A stretch of DNA of 64,000 nt from Chrysomallon squamiferum (Eukaryota > Animalia > Mollusca), in assembly GCA_012295275.1 (NCBI GenBank), contig CM022672.1:34472001-34536000 (forward strand). Reading direction: 5' to 3'. Positions 1 through 34,700 of the stretch are shown here, one piece after another; the stretch's first letter is position 1, and each line of letters begins with the position of its first letter. A model generated the notes under the pieces. The model did not search any database, was not told the origin of the DNA, and saw nothing but the letters and a program-made list of their open reading frames with translations. The position numbers were made by a program, and so were the translations under genes.

Positions 1-1838
1 TTTATTTATTTATTTATTTATGCTTTTACTGTTCTTTATTCATTGAAGTATTAATTTTCACAATTTTATCTGTCTCTCTCGAAATATACATATTTATAAT
101 TTTGTTCCCCGTTATGTATAAATCTTTTTTCATTTTTTATACTGATTTGATACAGTTGTATTTACCTTTGTTACATAATAGTCACATTTACAAACATCAG
201 TTTATTTATATAATATAATTAAATTTACTGTTGTTTCATATTCTTAGTTTATTTTGTTGTCATTAAAAAAAAAATAATAATAAATAACCACCATATTCTG
301 TTTGTTACAAAAACCACTTTGTACCAAAGTTGATTTCTGCTGGTTTGGGGGGGGGAAACTGAGGCAGGGGAGGGAAAGGACATTGTTTTTTTTTTTTTTA
401 TTAGATTTGTAATTGTGTGCTTCCATTAACAGAAGAAAAAAATGTCAGACACAAAGTTTGTACATAAATATTGTTATTATAGTAATTAATAATTCTGTTG
501 TTAATGTGGTTGTTGTTTTTGTGGTTATTATTAGTAGTAGTAGTAGTAATTTAATTGTCTGGCTTCCCTAAACAAATATTTAGATATGTTAAAAATATGC
601 TGTTGAATTTTATTTATTTATTTATATTTCTATTTTTTGTATTCCCTGATGTTTTAAAAACCTAAGGAGAACAATCAGTAACTGTTGATGTTATCTTGCA
701 TTTGATTGGCTGTTCGATCCATCCAATGGCAACAACTGTAATATATTATCCTTGCATTTATCATTATAGACGATGATGAATAGAAACTTTGTTTAACAAT
801 AAAAAAATAAGTAAAAACATTGTCTACTTTTCCGCAGTGCTTTCATAATGTACAGTCACATTTTTACAAAATGTTATTTTTTCTGTGATTATATGAATGT
901 TGAGTTGTAATTTCTATGATGCTAAATAAAACAGATTCATAATAAAATGTTATTGTGTTCTTTCTTTTTTATTATTTTTTGTATTTTATATCTAAAGGCA
1001 AGTGGCTTAGAGTTTACTATAGTACTGATGGATGTAAATATAAACAAATAACTAGCAAACCGTTTATCAGCAAACTTAGGTCCACAAGAGGTTTGGATAT
1101 ATAACTTACAATATAAACTTCACATTGAATTATAAAGAACTAAAATCGTACTTAACAGATACAAATTAATTACTCAGATTTCTTAAAATATCTAAGAAAA
1201 AGCTCTTCTCATGCAAGTAGTATTTTTTTTTAATTGATTTTTATGACATGATAATAAATGAAAATGAGAGTAAAAATTTAAATAAATAATATCTTGTGAT
1301 AGGTGGTTTCAGTATCTGTATACAAAACAGATGAGATTCATTAACATTATCATTATCAATAACATTTTTATTATCATTATAATTATTATTATTATTATTA
1401 TTATTTTTATTATCATTATTATTTTTTTAATTATTTTTTTAATTGCTACTATTAACAACAATAATTTATTTTGATAAATAATGTTTATCAAGATAGGTAG
1501 ATAAAGAAATTTTTATATATTATCATTTTTTTTATTTTCTGTTTTAGAATTAAAAATTTGATTAGACATAACATTTACTCTTAAACATCAAGTTTAGTGT
1601 AGATGAAAATTATTTTTGCACAGTGACTGTGAACTTTCCTTTAGAGAAACTACAGTCACATAATTAAAACCAGATTTTAACAGGAATTCAAAGAAACATG
1701 CTTAGAAAATGTTAGATTTAATTTACAAGCCTATTTTCATCACATATAAAAAAGGATTTGATAACAGTACAAATTAGGCTTGTATTATTACAAAACATAA
1801 CTAATCTAGAGCTGCAAATATTTTATTGTTTACAGCAT

Positions 1839-2100
1839 CCACTTGAGGTGCAGAAGATCCCCAGATCAATCCCTGTTCTCTCATATTCATTTCTTGTTTA
1901 AGATAGTGTTACACAACTGGTGTCACAAATGTTGTGGTATGTACTGTCCTGCATATAAAATATATCTGTGCTGTCTAGGGGATGGTGCAAGAAAAACATC
2001 ACTTACTGCTAAGTGAAAAAAGAGTTACCCATGAAGAGGTAGCAGCAAGGTTTCCTTTCCTGTCATCTGAGCTGGTTGTTAATTATGTCTTTAAATAAAT
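1839..2100 (+). mobile_element. Degenerate SINE-like interspersed repeat
   Basis: The core (gtggtatgtactgtcctg..ggatggtgca..cttactgctaa..aaaagagttacccatgaag..ggtttcctttc) aligns by eye with the reverse complement of 52870-53022. It resembles, from memory, an abundant gastropod tRNA-derived SINE. Confidence 0.6.
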
Positions 2101-2217
2101 GAGAGGGTCATTATTATTTTTGTAACCATAGAATTTTAGACAAAAAAGAAAAGAATATTCACTGAAATAAAATAAAGGAATTTTACCTCTTTCTTTGTAT
2201 CATTATAAGCAGAGTTA

Positions 2218-2280
<63 letters not shown>

Positions 2281-2830
2281 TAATAATCATAATAATAATA
2301 TTAATATTAATAATAATAATCATAATCATAATAATAATAATAAGGTATTTGGAAAAAATTAAGGTTATTTTTATCTTTATCAGTTTGCATGTTAAGAATC
2401 AAATCAATTATTTAGAAATACCATAAATGTTAAGAATGTGTGTTTGAGTGTGTATGTATAAATTGTTGTGTGTGTGAAAGCATGTGTGTTTGGGGGTGGG
2501 TTTGTCTTTGTGCATGATTTTATGTATTTATAACAGAATGTATTTCAACTCCAAACACCCCTCTTTTATAATAGTTCTTTTCACCTGTTCTTTAAGAAAA
2601 TGTACATTTTTAAATCCACAAAATCCCACTATTACAAATCCATCTTGAGTCCTCTGCTTTGAATGCAATATCAGCCTTATGAGACCTCTCAGCAGATTTG
2701 AACCTGCAACCTCCAGCACAGCACATACTGCAAACTGTCGATGTTTATAAACAGCAAGCTATCTCTCTGTGCACTGCAGATAATCAATACAGAAACAGAC
2801 AGATAAAGAAACAGCTTAATTTGCAACTGT

Positions 2831-2875
2831 ATTGGCTACGTCTGATTTTTGTTGACAGGATGGTTGCTTAGCAAC
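2831..2875 (+). promoter_or_regulatory. Candidate promoter elements of the kelch gene: reverse CCAAT box and RFX X-box
   Basis: ATTGG at 2831 and GTTGCTTAGCAAC at 2863-2875, about 260 bp upstream of the ATG at 3133. Confidence 0.4.
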
Positions 2876-3132
2876 CAGTGTTGTTTTTAACACCATGTGA
2901 CCTACAAGCTTTATTCTTAACCATTTTTGGTTAAAGCAGACGTAATTTTTTTCAGAGCTAGAATAAAGGTTAAAAACAAAATAAGAACAACCGAACAGAG
3001 AATATTTCTTTTGGGAGATTATGATGTTTTTTAATAATGATGTATACTGATTTGTATGTTTGGTTGTGTTAGGAAACCAAATTTGTGCTTGTTGCTGTTT
3101 TTAATGAGAAGTAAACAAAATATAGATAATTC

Positions 3133-3166
3133 ATGGGAAAAACAGAACTGCATCAAGATTCATATG
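3133..3166 (+). CDS. Kelch-like gene, probable first coding exon (MGKTELHQDSY+G)
   Basis: ATG at 3133 and strong donor TATG|GTGAGT at 3166/3167. It ends in phase 1 and joins in frame (G|AT=Asp) to the acceptor at 5026/5027. Confidence 0.7.
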
Positions 3167-3235
3167 GTGAGTTATTCATTTTTATTTTTTTGTATATATA
3201 AATTATAATGGTAGTGTGTGTATGTGGGTCTCTGT

Positions 3236-3279
<44 letters not shown>

Positions 3280-3686
3280 ATAATGTGTATCAGTGTGAAT
3301 GTTTTGACATATTCATCTATGATTACGTGCATATGTCAATACTCAGATAGAATAGCATACACAGTCACTGTTGTTGTGGATATATGTATGTTTGTTATTA
3401 ATAATAGATTGCTATGTGTATCCCATTTCTAGTTATGCTGGTTTATATATATTTACCAGAGTATGTGTGTGTATAGATTTGTTGAGTGTGTGTGTGTGTG
3501 GGTGTGAAATTGTGGATGCGTGTTTTGTTTACATCTGATGTGTTTCTATTATGTGTTTGTGTTAGTATATATTTAAAGAGATTAAAATGATTACTATGTC
3601 ATATTTAGTTACACCTATGTGTATGCACAGAAGTGTATTTGTATATTAATTACAAATAAATTATTACACAATAGTTATCAGGTAAG

Positions 3687-3735
<49 letters not shown>

Positions 3736-4010
3736 ACAGGCACTAAAACACTGTAAAAACAAGAGGGTTGCAATGGTTATTTTCTACCTCTGTGACTCAC
3801 TGGGATATCTATAAGATAGAAAACAAATGTCCCTCGAGGACACTTAGAAAATAATCACTGTCGTGGTTGAGTGATTTAGCCAATCAATATTCCAGCACTT
3901 TTCTTTGACAAAAACCAACGATTTAGTTTTATAGACTGCTGTCACAATACAGACAGACACAATGTGTGTTTCTGTCAGCTTAGAAAAAATAAAAAAACAT
4001 TATACGCTTA

Positions 4011-4072
<62 letters not shown>

Positions 4073-4724
4073 GATAGGTAATAATAACAGTAATGATAAT
4101 AGTAATAGGTAGTAATTTTTAAATGGATGTTGAATGAAATCAGGTTCATATATTGATAAAGAAAAGTGAATTTTTTTTTTTAAATGATTTTTTTCCCTGT
4201 TTTTCCTAATGTTTTATGCTAATAATAAACCTAATAATAAACCTAATAATAATAATAATAATAATAATAACAATAATAATAAAAGTAATAATAATATATT
4301 GATGAGGAGGAGGAGGATAATCATCATCATTATAGAAATAATTTAACATGATGAAGATGATGATAAGAAAACAAAGACAGTTATGAAAGGAAATAAATAT
4401 ATTAAAGTTGTTGTTGTTAATGTTTTTCTTTTAGGATTCTATTTTTTCTTTTTAAATGTCCTCTGTCTTAGAGAAACACACACAATCACAAGCACATAAA
4501 AAAGGACACACATACACTCACATATACATACACACCCACACATATACACAGCCACACACAAAGGTACATACACATATACAAATTCATGAACACAAACACA
4601 TATATGTATATTCATATATACATATGGACACATACCTAACTACATACATAAGCTGAACACTTGACTATCTACTTAGCTGTCTACCTTTCTACACACATAC
4701 CTATTTACTAATCTAACACCCCAC

Positions 4725-4761
<37 letters not shown>

Positions 4762-5026
4762 TACATACATGTAAAAAGAAACAAAATTACCCATTTCTGT
4801 TAATAATCAGTTTTATCAGTCAAGTTGCTCTTGAATAAATTATAAATTTAACAAAAAATTAAATAATTTTAAAAATATTTACCTCACAGACCATCCATTT
4901 TTTTAATAATGCAAAAATATCAACTATAATAAAAAAGCAATAATAATAATAATAACAACAGTATTATTAGTAGTAATTTATTAAATATTTTTACAGGTAT
5001 AAAATTAATTTTCTCTTTGTCCCCAG

Positions 5027-6759
5027 ATGTAAACAAGATCAACATGACTTCAAGGACGTTTGCCCAGGAGCTGATGGACAACATATTTCAAATGTACACG
5101 GAGAAACGACACACGGACATTGAGGTCAAGGTCAAGGACACGACCTTCGACTGCCACAAGATAATACTGGCCGCAATGTCTCCGTACTTTGACGCCATGT
5201 TCTACTCCGGCATGACGGAGTGTACCAACAACATGGTGTCCCTGAAAAACATCGCCCCGAGCATTTTCGAAAGCATCGTCCTCTTTCTGTACACCGGCAA
5301 GTGCCGCATCAACACGGACAACGTCGAGGACCTGCTGAAGGTGTCGGCCATGTTTCAGATCAGGGTGCTCACGGAGCAGTGCGAGGCGTTCATGGTGGAC
5401 AAGGTGGACACCGAGAACTGCGTCGCGATGTGGAAGATGGCGACGATGCATCGCTGCAAGCTGCTGGAAGAGAAGTCGTTCCGGTTCATCCTCAGCAACT
5501 TCCAGGACGTCACCGAGACAGAAAACTTCAACAGTCTGGACAAGGACGAGCTCATGCTGATCATCTCTCACGACGATCTTGACGTAGCCAACGAGGAGGT
5601 CGTCTGCGACGCTGTGTTTTCGTGGTACCGCTCCGATGACGTAGCGAGGACGTCGGACTTCGAAGACCTTTTCGAGTACCTTCGACTGCCTCTCGTCAGC
5701 TCCGAGTACCTCATGAACAACGTGGGCTCCCAGGCGGTGGTCGACAGCAGCAAGAAGTGCCAGGAGGTGTTCAAAGAAGCGGTCAGTTACCACATGCTCC
5801 CCGCCAGGCGTCACGAGATCGTGTCTCCGCGGGTTACGTACAGGAAACACGCAGCTTATGAGGAGGTTCTTGTTGTGCTGGGTGGCTACTCTCAGTCAGG
5901 CGACAAAGTCGTCGACGTTCTCGGGTACAGCTTCCGCTCGGAGAAATGGTTCATTCTGTCCCCGCTCATCTACAAGCTCGGCCGGGAGTACGCGTGCAGC
6001 GTGTACGGAAACTACATCTACGTCTCGGGCGGTTCACAAAGACTTCAGAGCCTCGTTCGGTTCTCCGCGGAATATAACGAGTGGCACAAATGCGCTTCGT
6101 TAGTTCAAGGTCGACGGAGACACGCGATGGTCGCCGTGGGCGAGTCTCTCTTCGTGATTGGCGGTTACGACGACAAAACGAGCGACGAACAACGGAGGAC
6201 GCTGTCGGACATCGAGGAGTACCAAATCAGCACGGACTGCTGGCACGCCGTCGGGACGTTGGTGAAGGCGGTGCGGTCCATGTCGGCTGCGGTCACTAAA
6301 GAGAAAATATTAGTATTCGGCGGACTTCTCAGCAACGAACACGAAACTGCGGTAATACAGGCTTACGACATACGCACGCAGACGTGTACGATTGTAGGCG
6401 ACCTTCCCGTCTGCTGCAAACTCACGAAAACAGTGACCTTTGACAAACGAATATTTATCTTCTGCACAGACGGGACTGTGATTGAAGGTAATTCCGAGTT
6501 AAGTTTTAAAGTTTTTACGAAAATTCCCAATTTCACACGAAGACGATTTGGACTGATCACTCAAGGGAAGCTGGTTTTAATTCTCGGAGGAGAATCCGGA
6601 GAAAAAGTCCTACGCGACATTTTCATGTTTAGTCCCGAAAACAAGAACGTCACCGAGCAAAGCAAATTGCAAATGGCGCCCGCGCGTGCCAACTTCGGCT
6701 GCGCAAAGATAATCATGAAAAAGAAAAATCTGAACACAGAATGGGTGGAAGATACGTGA
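5027..6759 (+). CDS. BTB-BACK-Kelch protein (KLHL24-like CUL3 adaptor family), main exon; about 588 aa with the upstream exon
   Basis: Acceptor ttttctctttgtccccAG|. BTB motif (TDIEVKV..FDCHKIILAAMSPYFDAMF), BACK domain (NCVAMW..LDVANEEVVCDAVFSW..YLRLPLV) and Kelch blades with GG/W signatures (VLVVLGG, IYVSGG, LFVIGG, ILVFGG, VLILGG). Stop TGA at 6757-6759. The exact orthologue cannot be assigned. Confidence 0.95.
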
Positions 6760-6897
6760 AGAACATGTGAAATCAAAAGATTATTTTTTTTTTCTTTAAA
6801 ATTATATCAAAATTATACTAATATAGTGTAAAAACTAGTCAGTTTACACCAATGTATAACACTGAAATATTTCGACGTTTTATCGATAAAGGGTAAT

Positions 6898-6930
<33 letters not shown>

Positions 6931-7052
6931 TGTTGTTGTTGTTGCTGTTATTATTTTTATTATTTGTTATTATTATTATTATTTGTTGTTATTAATATTA
7001 TTATTTGTTGTTGCTGTTATTATTTTTATTATTTTTTTTTATTATTATTTTT

Positions 7053-7085
<33 letters not shown>

Positions 7086-7254
7086 GCTGAAGATATATCG
7101 TAATATACGTTATGTGATAACAGATTGGACTGTTTGTTCTTTTTATAATCACAGTCTTTTCGCCTTATCTCTGTTACCAGAAGCATATCGGAAGTAAGAT
7201 GTCTTTTGCATTTTGAATGTTGATTTGTTATCAGGAACTTTATGCAAATTGTGA

Positions 7255-7303
<49 letters not shown>

Positions 7304-8424
7304 TTCATGTTAAAAATATATTAGTGTTTCAAGATATATTAATAGTATTTCAATACATAAACTTGGGTTTCTTCTTCTTCTTATATGATTTATAAACACT
7401 GCTAACAAAATTAAATTTCCATATATATATTTTTTTTTAAATTAGAAAACAGAATGACAGTGGTTCATAGCCTACGGTTTTAGTAAAATAACCGATGAAC
7501 TATTTGTTTGTGCTTATTTTGTGTTCATCATCTACAAGTTTTGTGAAATGAATGCTTATTACAACATTCGTTTTTTAATTAATATTTAATTACTTTATTT
7601 ACTTACTTATTTTAATATTTTCAATTTGTAATTGCCTACATGAGATGCTATTAATAGGCTTAAATATAGTCCCAATATTTTGTTTTAATCCAACATACAT
7701 TTTTTTTTTTTTTTTTTTTTTTTTTAATCGTATTACGGTCTATGTTGTATTTTTCCAATTTAAAAAAAATTATATATCTCTTTTAAAATTTTAAAACAAT
7801 TTCCACTTTTTTGATATTCATTTACTCACAGTACTTCACAAATTCAGTCAAGAAACGAAAACAAATTATTGTTATACAAATATATCTGAAATTCAAACGT
7901 ATACATTTTTCCTGTTTTTGTGTGTCAAACACGTATTTAAACTGAAAACACTGACAACAGCGACAGAAATTAATCTACAGGAAAAAACATGCGTGTGGGA
8001 AAAACGAATCAAAATCAGTTTATATATGTTCCTTTTTCTTTTTTCCTTGTTTTTGCAGTAGACTGAGTTTGGTTGGTTTTTACCGCACAGGTATTTTTTC
8101 CTGTGAATTAACTTCTGCCTCTATTATTAGCGTTTACAGTTTGAATATGAGGTTGAAACAGAAAATTATGAAACCTTTGTTCACGAAACTGCGAATTTTA
8201 TCAATTGTTTAATCAAGAATTATAATGTTAATAATTAAAAATAATTTTAAAAAATACTCTTACCGGAAATGCAGCTACTTGAAGTAAGTCATTCGATGTG
8301 TTATGAATCCCCCCACTTCAGTGTGCCTAATACGAATATATACTTGAAAATATTAAAATTAATAAATTAATAAATTTTATAGATAAATATAATTTGTGAA
8401 TAAAATTTCATCTGATTTTATAAA

Positions 8425-8520
8425 ATCAGAATATATATAATTTCAGTTTGGGAAGATTTGATTTGATATACGAGCTAGGTCACGGAACGAATTAAACTCG
8501 TAAGTCAAGGTACCACTGTA
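8425..8520 (-). mobile_element. End of a Tc1/mariner-pogo (Tigger-like) DNA transposon or MITE
   Basis: The minus strand begins TA|CAGTGGTACCTTGACTTACGAGTTTAATTCGTTCCGTGACC, a typical pogo/Tigger-type TIR next to a TA target. The other TIR is not clearly preserved. Confidence 0.6.
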
Positions 8521-9421
8521 TATATTATTTTAGTTCGAGCTGACGTGATTTTCTTGCCGAGATTTAGTTGTTGCTTGTCGTCTGGTGAAATGTATTACAG
8601 TGTCGAGTACTTTTCAGCGGGCTTCCGTGTCAAATGTCAAAATGTATTATTAACCTTGACCGCTGTACAGTGCCTTTTATATTATTAAAATGTGTATGTG
8701 CCTTATTTTTATTTAATTTTTTAAAAATGTCCACGCTTTTATTTCTTTCTATGGCTTTGTCACAATAAGGACTGATTGACGACTGACGTAATCAAGTCTT
8801 TTTTTTTTTTTTTTTTTTTTTTTTTATTAAATATATATTCCACGTTTTAATAAAATGAATAAAAAAATGTACGTTTGTTTGTTATTATTGAGCTTCATAT
8901 TTGAGTTTGTGGTTATTGCTGTCGCGGTCAAAGTTGTTATCATTTATGTACATTATGATTAGAAGTGACTTTGTGATAAAGTCTCATTAATCCTTAGCTC
9001 TATAAGCAGCAAATTTACTTTTTATTTGTTTATTTTTTAAATTTTATTTATTTTTTTATTATTTATTTATGTTGAATGATGATAGAAAAGAAAACATTCG
9101 ACTGTATATATTACTTTCGGTTACCGTAGCAAATAATAATTACAACAATAACAATAACAACAGCTATAATAATAATAATAATAAACAAACAAGTAAATAA
9201 ATATTTTATTTTACGTTTTGGGGGCTGGTTGTAACGGCAAATAAGAAAATGGAAGCGCACGAGGTCAGTTATTTTCAACTGATTATATTTCAGATATATT
9301 TGTAATGTTTAAAATGTTTGTTTATCTTATTACCTGCAATTGTTTAAGCTGAATGGATAAGATACGAGAATTGATTTATTTTATTCTTTTATTTTCATTT
9401 TTTTTTTTTGTATTTATTTAT

Positions 9422-9502
<81 letters not shown>

Positions 9503-9924
9503 TACTTAGGAAATTTGGGTCTTATTCTTCATGTTAGGGGTCTTCAAAATGACCCCTAAATTCATGAATATTTAAAGGCACTAGAAAATGGCGTTCGTAT
9601 TTGTTTATTGGCTTTAAAAAAGTGTCATTTGTATTTGTTTATTGGCGCTAACAAGTTTGCTTGACAAATTGATGCCTGCAGACGATACAAATAACAGACG
9701 GATTTCAGGCTATATTGCCTGAAGTTATCGATATTTATATATTTATTATTTTGTTTTTCAAATTAAAATATGCCTACCCATTTTAACATTTTAGTCTTAT
9801 AAGGATATATAGCATATACAGAAACATTCATACATACATACATACATACACCCACACACATTCACAATAATGCATGTAGTGATATTTTATATCAGGTAAT
9901 TAAGCTGCTCAAATAATAATAATG

Positions 9925-9969
<45 letters not shown>

Positions 9970-10480
9970 GAAAAAAGAAATGCAAAGAAGAAAGGAATCA
10001 TATTAAAGTTCAGTAAACATACGTGATTGTGTCTCGAGGCTTTCCGGTTTACCGATCAATAAATCGTAAATTTGCATAAAAAACTGTTTCACATCCTGCA
10101 GTATTTTCTCTTTTATTATTACATTTCACAATATATTTTTGTTATCAGCCAAATATAATATAAAGAAGGAAACAATAAAAAATGTATTTCATGAAATAAC
10201 TTAAAACTTTTTAATATATGCTTCGATCGTCTGCGTAATGCAATGCTGGCGAACCTGTTTTCGTGGGTCGCTCACATTCAAATATCGTTTGACGCACCAA
10301 ACTCACAATGATTTTGTAATTGCGGATAAAACTTGAATGATAATTACTGAAATTTAAATATAAGATTAATTAATTAATTAATTAAAATGCAATCGATTCA
10401 GGTTTTAACTGTTATAAATATGAATGGAGAAATAAAAGAAAAGCAATCCTGCCTTTCTGAATTACCGATTTATTTGTGAC

Positions 10481-10533
<53 letters not shown>

Positions 10534-10941
10534 ATTTTATTTTCGGTTCCAAATCAAACGCATCACCAATTCCTCCATCAAAAGACTGATGCTGTAAAAA
10601 GGCTAAACGTCTTTCATTGTCCGTCAAGTGCCCGGTTGCTGACCCCGATGCAGATCATGGAATTGGATTAAGATGAAATAACGATTAAGAAAGCATTAAA
10701 AATAAAAAATAAAATAAAAATCAGTCTATTGACATTTTAGATCAAATATTATGGCGATGTGGAAAACTAAAAATAATTTGTAACTGCACTGATCACACAC
10801 ACACACACGCGCGCGCGCGCGCGCCTATATTGCTTCTAACCATTGACGTAAAATAAAAACTACTGGGCTCAATGTTATTTTATTGATGATAACGACGATG
10901 ATAATTATTTATTTATTTAATTGATTTTTAAGTTTAGCATG

Positions 10942-10998
<57 letters not shown>

Positions 10999-11859
10999 GT
11001 TATTGTTGTTGTTGTGGTTGTTGTTGTTACTATTATTATTAATTCTATAATTATAATAACAACCAAATATTAATTATATTAAATATAAATATAAATAAAT
11101 AAACAATCATACAAAAACATTTTCGACGATAAAAAAACTTATTCAGTCATGCAATTTATAAAATGACGCAAAATTTAATCATAATTATTTATTCAGCGTC
11201 ATACGAAATTAGCTTTAGCACAAGTTCAGTTACACATCTGTCGATCAATTTAATATTCACAGAGTTGTCTCGCTTTGATGAATTTATAAATGGCAAATGT
11301 AAAGGATTTTATCACATTATCATAAACATTAAACATATCATGATGCTACATAGCTGCGATAAATTAGTGTGGCAGTATTATTCTTTGAGAATAATTGTTT
11401 TCGAAGCATACTGTTTTAGTATATGCTAATACTACACTAAGAGAGACTGTGCTTATGTCAAAAAAACGTATTAATTTACAAAACCAGTAAACTCTTAAGT
11501 AATGTTTGTAAAATTTAATTCTCGTCCTCCGTATCATCCTGTTCTAACTATATGAATTAACGAAAGTTGCGTTAAATAAATAAATAAATAAAATGTTCTT
11601 ACTTCAGATTATTTAAAATTCCCGTATGAATTTTTTTTTTTTTTTTTTTTTAATTACGAAGTTTATTTATTTACTGAAATAAAATAAATAAGTAAAGGAG
11701 TTTTAATATAATTCAGAATTTATTTTATTTTTCAGTTTTTATCTTTGTTAATTATTAAGAAAGATTTTTTTACTGTCAATAAATAAATAAATAATAATAA
11801 TAATAAATTATTTTCTTATTTATTACACTAATTTAATTTTTATGCGAAGTGGTTTACAT

Positions 11860-12235
11860 ACTCTTCCGATGGTTTTGGGGGTTGCGCCCTTGCCGGAAGA
11901 TAGCATTTGTTAGCCACGATTTTGGATTCAACGCGCGATTATACATCGTTATTTCTAATAAACACAAAATCCAATACTTTTAACATTAAACCGGCAGAGT
12001 TATTTTCACCGGAACTAACTATTTTGTAGTCTCGATAGCAATTATGTTTCTTTTCCGATGTGTATTGCGAAGTAAACGAACGGGTCTATTCTGGAGGGGG
12101 ATATCCCATCGAGCATGCGCAGTTGTTACCTACACGTCAATATAAATGACTTACCAAAACACGTTGGTTTGAGATCGTGTTTAATAAGTTATGTTTCATC
12201 TAATTTATTACGTATACCGATGACTGTGATGGAAA
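11860..12235 (+). promoter_or_regulatory. Candidate SUCO promoter/5' UTR (CpG-retaining, CCGGAA ETS-like motifs)
   Basis: Local CpG enrichment and ccggaa at about 11894 and 12009 directly upstream of the signal-peptide exon. Confidence 0.4.
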
Positions 12236-33902
<21,667 letters not shown>

Positions 33903-34664
33903 ATGGGGTGGGGTAGGGTGGGGTTGGGGTTTTTTCAGGGGGGCTGTCCATCAAGTACTTTAACATGTAAAAAATATTTAGTTTTTCATACGAGTTTCAT
34001 TTCCCAGTTGTTTTTTACTAATTCTTGATGCAAACTGTTTTATTGTGAGGAAATTATCAACATGCCTAAGTCAGATAAGATATTAAAAAAAGTTAATTAA
34101 AATATTAAAAACTAAACAAAATATATTTAATAACAGTAATTTTTATGTGATAGTTTTATCCTGTGTTTTAAAGAATTTAAATATTTTTTTTTTAAAGTTT
34201 TATACCATTTCAGCCACAAACATAAAATACTGTATCTACTTCAATAATTCCTTCAAGACTATTTCTTGGTGTAAGCACAGTCTTCTTTATAATAAATGTA
34301 TACATACATATACATTAAAGAAAAGAAAAAACAAATAGTTCATTCAACATTCTTCTTTGTGAAATACTTCAAAAATTGTATTTTACTCTCCATGATTATA
34401 TGATAAGAATCTAATAATAGTAATAATAACAACAATAGTTGTTATTATTGTTAATTTTGTTGTTGTTGTAGTTGTTATTATTATTATTAATAATAATGAT
34501 AATGATAAAAATAAAAATAACAATAGTAGTAACAACAACAACAATAAATAAATAATAACAGTAATAATAATAATAATAATAATAAAAATAATAACAATAA
34601 TAATAATAATAACAGTAATAATAATAACAATAAAAATAATAACAGTAATAATAATAATAATAGT

Positions 34665-34700
<36 letters not shown>

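Noticed and set aside
5017-5026. ORF-track start of the kelch protein at 5017
   Set aside because: It is a TTG inside the polypyrimidine tract of the intron; the exon starts at 5027.
5050-5850. 266-aa antisense ORF and other overlapping ORFs inside the kelch CDS
   Set aside because: These are shadow ORFs expected from the high GC3 of the sense gene, with no recognisable domain.
9534-9559. 9-bp inverted repeat hairpin (ttaggggtc..gacccctaa)
   Set aside because: Too short to assign a function; could be a transposon remnant or chance.
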